Assembly: GCA_002417975.1 (NCBI GenBank)
Contig: DIDE01000061.1
Location: forward strand, 828-64,827
DNA from: Eggerthellaceae bacterium UBA5808
Lineage (GTDB): Bacteria > Actinomycetota > Coriobacteriia > Coriobacteriales > Eggerthellaceae
Direction of reading: 5' to 3'
Length of the DNA stretch: 64,000 nt
Positions 20,379 through 29,631 of the stretch are shown piece by piece (the first letter of the stretch is position 1; each line of letters starts with the position of its first letter). The position numbers and the translations under genes were made by a program. A model generated the notes under the pieces. The model did not search any database. It was not told the DNA's origin and saw nothing but the letters and a program-made list of their open reading frames with translations.

Positions 20379-23300
20379 ATGATAGTCTGGTTCTACAGGA
20401 TAAGAGACGGGAATATCTTGAGCGATACGATAGATACATGCATACAGGAGTCAACGCCAGAGCGCATTAGGAAACGCTATCGTTCCTTAAAAGATGCTGC
20501 TGCTCAACATGATTATGGCGAACTTGATGAATCGGTTGTTATTATCGACACCGAAACAACGGGTGTCTCGTTTCATCATGATGAACTTACGCAAATTGCC
20601 GCTGCTCGTATGGAACATGGATCAATTGTTGAATGGTTTGTAACGTTTGTAAATCCTGGTAAACCTATTCCGGAAGATATTACTCATTTAACGAATATTT
20701 CGAATGATGATGTCGTTGATGCCCCATCACCTGATGAGGCTATAAACAAGCTATGCGAATTCGTGGGAACGAGTGATCTTGTTGCGCACAATGCTGCGTT
20801 CGATAAACATTTTGTAACACGACATGAGGCGGGGGAGCCACTTCGCTCAAACGTATGGATTGATTCTCTTGATCTGACACGTATTGCGCTTCCACATTTA
20901 AAATCTCACCGCTTAATTGATCTCGTTCATGCGTTTGACGCTCCGGTTTCGACTCATCGTGCCGACGCTGATGTCGAAGCTCTTGCAACGGTGTACCGTA
21001 TTTTGCTTGCTGCCGTTGATGCCATGCCTGATGATCTGGTGACGCATATTGCTTCGATGGCTGATGTGTCGGATTGGCCAACGGTAAAGGTGTTTAAACA
21101 CTTTGCCACTGATGATGCTCGTCCGTTTAGCCTTCGTGTGCTTCGCCGAAGTGTTGCTTCGGCTGCGTTTGGCGGCAATCATGTGGACGCAAATGATATT
21201 GTGACGCAGTTAAAGTTCCCTGCTGATGATGAAATTTCCGATGCGTTTTCCTCTGAGGGAATTATGGGAAAGATTTACCCTAACTACGAGGAACGATCAG
21301 CTCAAAAAGTGATGGCACGTTCGGTCATACATGTGTTTAAACAATCCAAAAATCTTGCGGTAGAGGCGGGAACCGGTGTTGGCAAGTCGATGGCTTACCT
21401 GATTCCTGCAGTTATGACGGCTCACCGAAACCATATTTCGATTGGTGTTGCGACAAAAACGAACGCTCTTTTAGATCAACTTGTTAATACTGAGCTCCCT
21501 GCACTTTCGCGTGAAATTGAAGGGATTACCTATACAAGTCTAAAGGGGATTACTCATTACCCCTGCTTACGTCGTATCGAGCAGTTTGTCGAAGATGGTC
21601 CTAAAGAACGTACGGTAAATGGTCAAATTGTGCAGCAAGCACCCGCATTGGCTGCGTTACTATCGTTTATCGAGCAGAGTGATTATGACGACATCGACAG
21701 CTTAAAAATGGACTATCGCGCTATTCCTCGTTATTTTATTACAACAAAAAGCACTGATTGCATGCGCAATAAATGTCCGTTCTTTGGTGAGAAATGTTTT
21801 GTTCACGGTGTTCGTCAGCGCGCGGAACATGCCGACATTGTAGTGACGAATCAGTCGATGCTGTTTTGTAATGTTGCTGCTGAAGGTGGCTTGTTGCCAC
21901 CAATACGGTATTGGGTTGTCGATGAGGCACATGGTGCAGAAGACGAAGCGCGTCGTGCGTTCTCGTACACCCTTGATGCTGATGATATGCAGCGCTTGGC
22001 AACAAAAGTAGCGAGCAGTGATGGGCATCGTAATATATTTATGCGCGCGGAACGTCAAGCAACGGGCCGTAAGGATATGGATAAAAAAACTGCACGCGAA
22101 AGTATCGGCGAACAAGCATACGAATCGGCTGATGGATCAGGCATGAGCGACGGTGACGTTGTCTTGTTTACGCTTACAGGTAAAGCGCGTCGTGCTGGCG
22201 AAGCGTACCAAACAGCGCTTGATGCGTTTACTCCTCATATTCATGAACTACTTAAGCTTGACACATCAAGGCGCAGTAAGGGATATGACAACATTGATCT
22301 TTGGCTGAGTACTCCAATGCGCTCTGAACAGATCTTTCTTGATCTTGTTTCCACCGCGCATGATCTTGCGGATACTATTGAAGAACTTATTAAACACGGC
22401 CAGAATATTGTTGAGTTTTTGGAGGGGATTGAGGGTGCTGCACGTACCCAGCGCGAAATTGCATCGGTTACGATGAATTTGCGCGACATGCTGGCGTCGA
22501 TCGAAGTCATTCTCTTTGAAGCGCCAACGACATTTGCTTATGCAGCTCATCTTACACGACGTAATCGTGGAAGCGAATACCTACAAGCGATCATGATCAA
22601 TGTAGGGGATGAGATGAACAAGACGCTGTATGCACAAACGCAGAGTATCGTTTTTACATCCGCTACTATGACGATTGCGGATTCATTTGACACATTTACC
22701 CAGTCTATGGGCTTAGGACAAAGCGAATATTCAGAAAGTGTTTGTACTCAATTGGAGTCGTGTTATGACTACGACGGCCATATGACCATTTATGTAGCGA
22801 GTGATATGCCTGATCCACAATCGGCTAATTATCTCCAGTCGCTCGAGCGCCTTCTTATTGGGATTCACCGCGCACAAGAAGGATCAACGCTCACGCTTTT
22901 CACCAATCGTCGTGAGATGGAAAAGAGCTTCTCGGTTGTTCAGCCTGCATTGCGCGAGAATGACCTGCGCGTTGTCTGCCAAAAATGGGGCGTTTCTATT
23001 AAAGGTCTTCGTGATGATTTCCTTTCTGATGAGCACCTTTCACTTTTTGCGCTCAAGAGCTTTTGGGAAGGGTTTGATGCGCCGGGCGCAACGCTTAAAA
23101 CTGTTGTTATTCCTAAACTTCCGTTTGGTAAGCCAACTGATCCACTCTCTTGTGAGCGAATGCAAAATGATGCGCGTGCTTGGATGCATTATGTGCTTCC
23201 GGCGGCGGTGCTTGAGACTAAACAGGCAGCAGGGCGTGTAATTCGCGGTGCTGACGATACAGGAAGCCTCGTTCTCGCAGATCATCGACTGGTAACAAAA

Positions 23301-23402
23301 GGGTATGGCCGTATTTTTCTTCGTTCGATGCCAAGCCATACGATCAAAGTGTTGCCAACTGCAGAAATTGTAGCAGCGCTGAGTGAGCAGATAGGTAAGT
23401 AG
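20379..23402 (+). CDS. dinG: DinG-family ATP-dependent helicase fused to an N-terminal DEDDh 3'-5' exonuclease domain
   Basis: Exonuclease motifs IIDTETTG, AHNAAFD and THRADADVEA. Helicase motif I EAGTGVGKS and motif II VVDEAHGAED. Four-Cys stretch YPCLRR...CMRNKCPFFGEKCF. The start is uncertain. Confidence 0.85.
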   Translation: MIVWFYRIRDGNILSDTIDTCIQESTPERIRKRYRSLKDAAAQHDYGELDESVVIIDTETTGVSFHHDELTQIAAARMEHGSIVEWFVTFVNPGKPIPEDITHLTNISNDDVVDAPSPDEAINKLCEFVGTSDLVAHNAAFDKHFVTRHEAGEPLRSNVWIDSLDLTRIALPHLKSHRLIDLVHAFDAPVSTHRADADVEALATVYRILLAAVDAMPDDLVTHIASMADVSDWPTVKVFKHFATDDARPFSLRVLRRSVASAAFGGNHVDANDIVTQLKFPADDEISDAFSSEGIMGKIYPNYEERSAQKVMARSVIHVFKQSKNLAVEAGTGVGKSMAYLIPAVMTAHRNHISIGVATKTNALLDQLVNTELPALSREIEGITYTSLKGITHYPCLRRIEQFVEDGPKERTVNGQIVQQAPALAALLSFIEQSDYDDIDSLKMDYRAIPRYFITTKSTDCMRNKCPFFGEKCFVHGVRQRAEHADIVVTNQSMLFCNVAAEGGLLPPIRYWVVDEAHGAEDEARRAFSYTLDADDMQRLATKVASSDGHRNIFMRAERQATGRKDMDKKTARESIGEQAYESADGSGMSDGDVVLFTLTGKARRAGEAYQTALDAFTPHIHELLKLDTSRRSKGYDNIDLWLSTPMRSEQIFLDLVSTAHDLADTIEELIKHGQNIVEFLEGIEGAARTQREIASVTMNLRDMLASIEVILFEAPTTFAYAAHLTRRNRGSEYLQAIMINVGDEMNKTLYAQTQSIVFTSATMTIADSFDTFTQSMGLGQSEYSESVCTQLESCYDYDGHMTIYVASDMPDPQSANYLQSLERLLIGIHRAQEGSTLTLFTNRREMEKSFSVVQPALRENDLRVVCQKWGVSIKGLRDDFLSDEHLSLFALKSFWEGFDAPGATLKTVVIPKLPFGKPTDPLSCERMQNDARAWMHYVLPAAVLETKQAAGRVIRGADDTGSLVLADHRLVTKGYGRIFLRSMPSHTIKVLPTAEIVAALSEQIGK

Positions 23403-23679
23403 TAACGAGAGAAGTTACACGTTTAGAAACTTTTATGTAAGTGTATGACGATAGCCAATGTGCAAAGGTAGAGGTGTTAGGTAAGGTACAAAATAGGCTG
23501 AAATAGTACCGATAGACAATCGTGCACATGAATACGTATCTACAACATGCGGAAGATGATGGGTGCTTACGTGATTATTTGGGACGACATGCTAAATAGC
23601 GTATACTTACCAATATGTATGTAGTCCCGAAAAATCGGGTGTGAAAAGATATAAAACGTGTAAGGTGAAAGGCGTTCAT

Positions 23680-26600
23680 ATGCCAGAGATTCTGGATGAT
23701 ATCGCTTATCTATCGCAGGAGATAGGTCCACGTCCTGCCGGTACGGAGGAAGAACAACAAGCTGCACTTTATATTACTGAGCAGCTGCAGAAAAAAGCGA
23801 AGTTTCAGACGTCGGTCGAAGATTTTTCCTGTGTCTCTCAGCCAGACATCGTGAAGCTTATTTGTTTCGGTCTCCCTATCCTATTTAGTATTGCGGCACT
23901 CATTACTTCTGTGTTCGTTATTCCAGCGATCATCTTAAGTGCTTTGTGCGCGGTGCTCTACGTATTGGAGATTACCGGTAAGCCAATTTTGTCGCGTGCT
24001 TTTCAACATGGTGTAAGTCAGAATATCGTCGCGCAGTATATTCCTGCAACGCTGCCAGGTGAAGTTAAAAATCGTCGTCGTAAGATTGTGCTTGTAGCAA
24101 ATTATGATAGCGGCAAAGTTCAGAAAGAATACGGTTCAGGTATTGCGGGCGCTGTTCCTTTGATTCGTAAGGCAAGTCTTGTTGCGTTAATTGCTTTGCC
24201 GATCCTTTGGTTAATTCGTGCCACTGCGCTTTCAGATGCTCAGGGTGCCGGATCACTTATTCTTACTATTCTATGTGTTGTCTGCATTGTATTGATTGCT
24301 TGTCCTGTTGTTGTTTCTGTCATGCATAAGACGGCGACCTATAACGAGGCAGCCAATAATAATGCATCAGGTGTTGCGGTCATGTTGGAAACCGCGCGTC
24401 GTATTGCGGCGGGTCGTTTAAGTATCGACGAACTTATCGCGCAGCGCGAGGCGGAAGAAAATGGCGTTGAGATTCATGGTAAAGACGCTGCCGCTGCTGC
24501 GGGAGTTATTCCCCAGGGCGCCGACGTTGTTTATCAGGCAGATGCGACTGTTCCTACAGGTGCTGCTCAACAGCAGCGTTCTACATCCGCGCGCGAACAA
24601 GATCAACTTGCAGCAGCAAAAGCTGCTGTTGCTGCATTAACAGGTGAGGAAGTCCCAGGAGCAGCAAGCCCTCGTGATATATCCGAGAACCTTGTTCAGG
24701 TTAAGGCTGGACCTATCGCTCAGCCGTCACAAAAGGAAATTGAAGCTGATCGTGCACGCACGCATGCAGTGTTGACGGGCGCGGATCGCCAAGAAGCATC
24801 TGCGGCACAACGCGAAGCTGCCGATCAACAGCAGGCACAGGCGCAAAGTACAGCACAACCAGAGCAATTTGCCCAGCAGGCTAATACAGCACAGCAACCA
24901 GTTCAGTCGCAGGAGTCAGCGCAACAAGGTGCGGGTCGGCAGGATGCAATGCAGCAACAACCGCAACAGGCTGCAGCTCAACAACGTGTCGATCAGCAGT
25001 CAGTTGCATCTCAACAGCCAGCACAACAAAATCCAGCTCAGCAGCAAACATTGAAAGCACGTGGTAATCAGCAAAATGCGTCTCGTTCATATGCGCGTCC
25101 TACTTCGGCTGATCGCAGTGCGGATCGTTCGTCTGCGGATGCCGCTGTTCCGGATTGGTTTAAGAAGGCACAGAAAAAGGCAAATCGCGAGGGTACAAAT
25201 ACTGCAAAACCTGAGCAGCGCTCTCGTTATGCTTCCGCCCGTGACCAGGCTGTTACAGTAAGTGCGGAGCACTTCCAGGAAGCGAACCAGATTATCGACG
25301 ATCGTACTAATGCTCGTCTCACACATGATGCAGGCGGCATTGTAGCAGTTGAACCTCCCAAGAGATTCGTCGATCGTCTTTCACAAAATCAAGAGGGAAC
25401 TAATCAGTCGGGAACACAAGCTGCGTCAACTCCAGCGCCCGCGCCAAAGGCTGCTGGATCTGCTCAACAGACCTCAATGCCTACAAGTGCACCAGTAAAA
25501 CCAGCTCAGCAAATGAGTTCGTCGGCACCAGCGCAGCCAGATCAGTCGGCGCGCGTGAATACGTCAATACAGGAGACAGTTCCTCAAGCTGCACAACAAC
25601 AAAATCCGTCGACCGAACATCCAGCGGTCACACAGCGCGATGAGGAATCTCGTCCTCAACAAACTGAGGCGTCTTATGCTGGCGCTAATCAGGCTGCGCC
25701 TGTGGCGCCTGCTACAGCTACAACGTCAGAAGCATCTGCGGCATCAGCTCAACCTGCCGTATCGCATACGGCAACGTTTGATTCTGCTGAAGATGCGGAA
25801 CGTACTACGGCGATGGCTCCCCTTGCTCTTTCGGCCTTGCGTTCGACGCTTGCTTCTTCAAATGAATTGTCTGCCGCCCGCGCGCTTCAGAGTCGCCCAT
25901 CGCAAAATCTTACGTCGTCAGCGCGTGAAAATGTTGATCGCGTACTCGTTGACGATAGTCAAGAGGATGTTACTTCGTCGACGGCTGCTGCTCCGTCAGC
26001 AAATGGCAATGCACATGAAGTTCATGACTTCTCGCAAATACCCCAAGCAGATGATCAGCAGAGTTCTTCGGCTCTATCATCGGGCAAGCGTCGAATTAAT
26101 AGCCTCATTGGTACCGTGCGTGAGCGCATTGTTGCTCCAGAAGCACGTGATCATGCTGGTATGCAAACGAATCATACCGATGCGCACAATCAAGTTGAGA
26201 TGCAGGATCGTGCCGATGCTCAAGGTCAGCAGCCACAGCAGGATCAGCAACCAGGGCAGAAGTATCAGTCTGAAGTCCATAATAGAAAACCATCTCGTCC
26301 ATCAGCATTTTCTGCACGTCGTACAGCGTCGGATGATGATCCTACAGCGCAGGCTTCGGCAATTCCTCCTGTTGTTCTGCCTGATGTTCCGGAATCGGAT
26401 TTACCACCTGTTGTTGAACTTACCAAACAGCGCGCGCCTTTAGCTGAGGCTGCAGCTGGTGCTAAGTCAGCGCACAATAACGATCTGTCTGCGCAGATTC
26501 CTCGCATTAGCCTTGATAGTGCAGCGAGTCGGAAGCAACAACAGATGCCCGACAATAAACGTGCCGCACTTCGTTCGACCTTGCCATCAATGAGTGGGTC

Positions 26601-27975
26601 AATTTCGGTTGAGCCTCCTGTCGATCATAAACAGGGCGAATCGACGTCGAACAATAATAATGCTGTTAGCTTAACGGGATCGTTTTCCGCTGTTGGATCC
26701 AATGGGGCATTTGCTCCTGTTGGTGACGAACTTGTCGCCGATGTTGACCCCGAAGAACGTTACGTCGATGATGCTGACGATTCTTCGTATGATACCAACG
26801 TAACCGAAACGGGTGCGTTTGCCGGACCTGATTACATGGAGATGCCCAAGTCTCGCTTTGGTCGTTTGTTTGGCAAGTTGGGTCGCCATAAAAAGCATGA
26901 GGCGCAAGAGCAGAGCACCGATGATTGGCTCGGCGTAGACGAATCCTTTGATGCGCGCAATGTTGGTAAACAGCGTGGCGGATGGGAAAGCTTCCAAGAG
27001 GGCAGTTCGTTTGAGCAGGAGCAAGATGCTCAATTCGCTCATGGTCAGCAACCTAACGATGATGCTTATTATGATGACGCACCAGAGAATGGCTATGATG
27101 AGCCTTCGTATGATGACGAAAACGGCTATGCTGCCGCACCAGAATACAATGATGGATCTGATTACGGAGATGCATCGTATGATAATGGCGGTCGTCCTAC
27201 TCAAGGCTACAATGACGAAAACGACTACGACAATAACGCCGCAGATGCAACGCAGGTTATTCATCCTCATTCACATCGTCGTCACGGTGGACGTAGCGAT
27301 CATTGGCAGGGTGGTGCGTATTCTAAGCGTGCAGCACAGCAAGGTGAGCAGCAGTATGCCGACGGTCCTGAATCCAAGCGCGTAGAGGCGGCGGCAGCTG
27401 GAGCGGGTCAACAACCTATTTCTGCTACACAGCCTGTTCCTGCCGTACAGAAAAAGGCGTCGAAGGCGCATCCAAAGTCAGGCGTCGATCCTGCGGTCGA
27501 AGAGGTGCGGAAGATTTATAAGTTCCGCAATCCTGATGTCAACCTCGATGTGTGGTTCGTTGCTCTTGGATCCGAGCTTCCGTACAACGGTGGTATGCAT
27601 GCATTCTTAAACGAGCATGCCGATGATTTGCGTGGTGCGGTAGTTATCAACCTTGAGGCGCTCGGCTCTGGTGCGCTGACGTATATGGAATCAGAAGGCA
27701 CATACCTGACTAAACATCCTTCGTCTCGTATGAAACGCTACATTAAAAAGGCTCAGCAAGAAACTGGGGTTTCGGTTGCAACGCACAATACATCGTTTAA
27801 AGATGGCCCAGCGTATGTTGCGCTTAACCAGGGTATCCAGGCTATGAGCTTGGTTGGTATCGAAGATGGTAAACCAGCGGGCATTGGACAAGCTGACGAT
27901 GTGCTCGAGAATATTGATCCAGAAACGCTCGAGAATAATGCCGACTTTATCTATTCGCTGGTGAAAAGTATTTAG
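23680..27975 (+). CDS. Large membrane protein: M28-peptidase-like fold split by a ~1000-aa Q/A/S/P-rich low-complexity insert
   Basis: N-terminal part has YLSQEIGPRPAGTEEEQQAALYI, several TM segments, VLVANYDSG and NNNASGVAVMLETARRI. C-terminal part has VWFVALGSELPYNGGMHAFL and VINLEALGSG. ATG at 23680 is preferred over GTG at 23641. Confidence 0.7.
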   Translation: MPEILDDIAYLSQEIGPRPAGTEEEQQAALYITEQLQKKAKFQTSVEDFSCVSQPDIVKLICFGLPILFSIAALITSVFVIPAIILSALCAVLYVLEITGKPILSRAFQHGVSQNIVAQYIPATLPGEVKNRRRKIVLVANYDSGKVQKEYGSGIAGAVPLIRKASLVALIALPILWLIRATALSDAQGAGSLILTILCVVCIVLIACPVVVSVMHKTATYNEAANNNASGVAVMLETARRIAAGRLSIDELIAQREAEENGVEIHGKDAAAAAGVIPQGADVVYQADATVPTGAAQQQRSTSAREQDQLAAAKAAVAALTGEEVPGAASPRDISENLVQVKAGPIAQPSQKEIEADRARTHAVLTGADRQEASAAQREAADQQQAQAQSTAQPEQFAQQANTAQQPVQSQESAQQGAGRQDAMQQQPQQAAAQQRVDQQSVASQQPAQQNPAQQQTLKARGNQQNASRSYARPTSADRSADRSSADAAVPDWFKKAQKKANREGTNTAKPEQRSRYASARDQAVTVSAEHFQEANQIIDDRTNARLTHDAGGIVAVEPPKRFVDRLSQNQEGTNQSGTQAASTPAPAPKAAGSAQQTSMPTSAPVKPAQQMSSSAPAQPDQSARVNTSIQETVPQAAQQQNPSTEHPAVTQRDEESRPQQTEASYAGANQAAPVAPATATTSEASAASAQPAVSHTATFDSAEDAERTTAMAPLALSALRSTLASSNELSAARALQSRPSQNLTSSARENVDRVLVDDSQEDVTSSTAAAPSANGNAHEVHDFSQIPQADDQQSSSALSSGKRRINSLIGTVRERIVAPEARDHAGMQTNHTDAHNQVEMQDRADAQGQQPQQDQQPGQKYQSEVHNRKPSRPSAFSARRTASDDDPTAQASAIPPVVLPDVPESDLPPVVELTKQRAPLAEAAAGAKSAHNNDLSAQIPRISLDSAASRKQQQMPDNKRAALRSTLPSMSGSISVEPPVDHKQGESTSNNNNAVSLTGSFSAVGSNGAFAPVGDELVADVDPEERYVDDADDSSYDTNVTETGAFAGPDYMEMPKSRFGRLFGKLGRHKKHEAQEQSTDDWLGVDESFDARNVGKQRGGWESFQEGSSFEQEQDAQFAHGQQPNDDAYYDDAPENGYDEPSYDDENGYAAAPEYNDGSDYGDASYDNGGRPTQGYNDENDYDNNAADATQVIHPHSHRRHGGRSDHWQGGAYSKRAAQQGEQQYADGPESKRVEAAAAGAGQQPISATQPVPAVQKKASKAHPKSGVDPAVEEVRKIYKFRNPDVNLDVWFVALGSELPYNGGMHAFLNEHADDLRGAVVINLEALGSGALTYMESEGTYLTKHPSSRMKRYIKKAQQETGVSVATHNTSFKDGPAYVALNQGIQAMSLVGIEDGKPAGIGQADDVLENIDPETLENNADFIYSLVKSI

Positions 27976-28136
27976 CGTCATTGTGCCTGCAATTGTGTGT
28001 CCTTATGAAGACGTGCGAGTATGTCAGAGGAATTTGCAGGTAAGGAGTATAATAGCTTCTGTTTTCAAAGCACGGTGACGTGTAATTATCAATGGGCAGC
28101 TTGCTGCCCCTCGATTGGAAAGAATAGAGGTTACCT

Positions 28137-28289
28137 ATGGAAATCGAAGCTTATTGCGTAAAGTGCAAGGCGAAGAAGATCATGGTGGATCCCGTTGAGA
28201 GCACTACGAAAAACGGTAAGCCGATCGTCAAGGGTAAATGCCCAGATTGCGGAACAACCATCTGCCGCATCGGTGCAATGAAGAAATAG
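28137..28289 (+). CDS. Small zinc-ribbon protein (DUF5679-like)
   Basis: Below the ORF-track cutoff. My translation is MEIEAYCVKCKAKKIMVDPVESTTKNGKPIVKGKCPDCGTTICRIGAMKK, with two CxxC pairs. GAGG RBS upstream and a strong terminator downstream. Confidence 0.7.
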   Translation: MEIEAYCVKCKAKKIMVDPVESTTKNGKPIVKGKCPDCGTTICRIGAMKK

Positions 28290-28313
28290 TCTAATTTACT
28301 TTAGACGGTGTTC

Positions 28314-28342
28314 AAAGGAGGCGGCCATAGGTCGCCTCCTTT
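28314..28342 (+). terminator. Intrinsic terminator after the zinc-ribbon gene
   Basis: AAAGGAGGCG...CGCCTCCTTT stem followed by a T-rich tract. Confidence 0.75.
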
Positions 28343-28599
28343 GTTGTGTATCTAGGCTTATACTATGCGACTTCACATTATGTGCTCTTGCGCGTTATGC
28401 CTGGCCTCACACAATAGAGATCACGATCTTCGTGCGTGTATCCTATAAGTCACTATCCGCCAGCATTGGATGTATTCCAAACGAGAGTGCCCCTAGATGC
28501 GCTGCCTATGCAATCTAAACACCACTTCCATACTACCTATGATCATCTCTAGATGTGAGTCATGCTGCATACGTATTCTATATGTCATCCATTGCATCA

Positions 28600-28870
28600 T
28601 ATTTGAATACAGCCAGACCGCGAAAAACGCTGTTGAGACGTATAGGTTTCCTCAATGTAATGGATTGAATGCAGCTCCATAGAGGAATACACTGTCAAGA
28701 CTCACAAGAGACCTCTATATAGAACAATCGAATGCAGATCGATGACGGGACATGCCGTTGAGACATATAAGAGATGCCAGTGTAGCATCTTCGGATGTAT
28801 TCTGATCAAGCAAAATGCTGTTGAAACGTATACGTAACCTAAATGTAACGCCTTGAATGAAGTGCTGGCG
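28600..28870. repeat. Degenerate tandem repeat, ~62-64 bp period, at least 4 recognisable units
   Basis: A TTGAATGCAG-like motif recurs near 28604, 28667, 28731, 28793 and 28856. GCTGTTGAGACGTATA-like motifs occur at 28629, 28754 and 28817. The units starting near 28623 and 28811 are closely similar over about 50 nt. Confidence 0.6.
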
Positions 28871-29060
28871 AGCAAGTGCCGATTCGTGTTTTTCAACTTA
28901 AGACAATGAGTAAAACGCCTCCATAACACCTGGTGAGATGCGCGACCTATAGGATTCGAAAAAAGTCCGATACCATGTGGACGAAAAAATCTCGCGTTTC
29001 GGCTCCTATTCGCCATCGGTCATACATTTCATTACAGAGGGATCACCCTCGACAAGTCAA

Positions 29061-29102
29061 CGCTACACATCGTTATGCTTACGCTACACATCGTTATGCT
29101 TA
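29061..29102. repeat. Perfect 2 x 21-bp tandem direct repeat
   Basis: CGCTACACATCGTTATGCTTA occurs at 29061-29081 and again at 29082-29102. Confidence 0.9.
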
Positions 29103-29292
29103 TCCTGCATCTGTTACTTTTACGATTCGTTGCGTTTGTCTATATAGTGTTGCGTTCAGATTTGCAACCAACTGGGTTTCTCGGTGCGAGGTATTTGTTC
29201 GCTCATGATGTGTTTCATTTGCTTCAAACGCAGAACTGTTATATACTTTCACATCGCGCGTTATATAGCTATAACGTGTCGCTATGGATAAT

Positions 29293-29368
29293 GCCAACGT
29301 GGCTCAGATGGTAGAGCAACGCTCTCGTAAAGCGTAGGTCACCGGTTCGAATCCGGTCGTTGGCTCCA
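29293..29368 (+). tRNA. tRNA-Thr (anticodon CGT), CCA encoded
   Basis: Hand-folded cloverleaf: acceptor GCCAACG/CGTTGGC, D arm GCTC-AGATGGTA-GAGC, anticodon arm ACGCT-CTCGTAA-AGCGT, T arm ACCGG-TTCGAAT-CCGGT, discriminator T plus CCA. Confidence 0.93.
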
Positions 29369-29378
29369 TTAAATATGT

Positions 29379-29410
29379 AGGCCAGACGAATGATTTCGTC
29401 TGGCCTTTTT
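29379..29410 (+). terminator. Intrinsic terminator after tRNA-Thr
   Basis: AGGCCAGACGAA-TGAT-TTCGTCTGGCCT followed by TTTT. Confidence 0.8.
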
Positions 29411-29631
29411 GATGCATACATGCTTTTTACTGTACTGTATTTTCTTTTAATGCATGGACATACTTTGTCCGGATAAAACCAAGTATGTTAGAGGAGTGTA
29501 ATAATTGAAAGAGCGAACGAAAAGATTGCTGTGTTAACAGCAGATGTTGTTCATCTCGATCACTCTTTCGAACCTGATCATTTAATAGCATAAGAACGTA
29601 TGCCTAGATAAACCATTTGCCTAAACATGAA

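Noticed and set aside
25640-26443. 267-aa alternative-frame ORF and a 199-aa antisense ORF (26671-27270) inside the M28-like gene
   Set aside because: They arise from the low-complexity Q/A-rich codon repeats. Their R/L-rich composition is artefactual, and the long frame is continuous with recognisable domains at both ends.
28440-28880. Possible degenerate CRISPR array (period ~63 bp, close to a type I-E repeat plus spacer), given the cas genes in the window
   Set aside because: Similarity between units extends across the whole unit (e.g. the 28623 and 28811 units align over ~50 nt) rather than alternating conserved repeat and unique spacer. There is no 28-29-nt conserved palindromic repeat, and the region is 29 kb from the cas operon.
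28497-29314. Five short ORFs (60-104 aa) in the ORF track between the zinc-ribbon gene and tRNA-Thr
   Set aside because: They overlap each other on both strands, lack RBSs, run through tandem repeats and even into the tRNA, and have odd composition. I treat them as non-coding.
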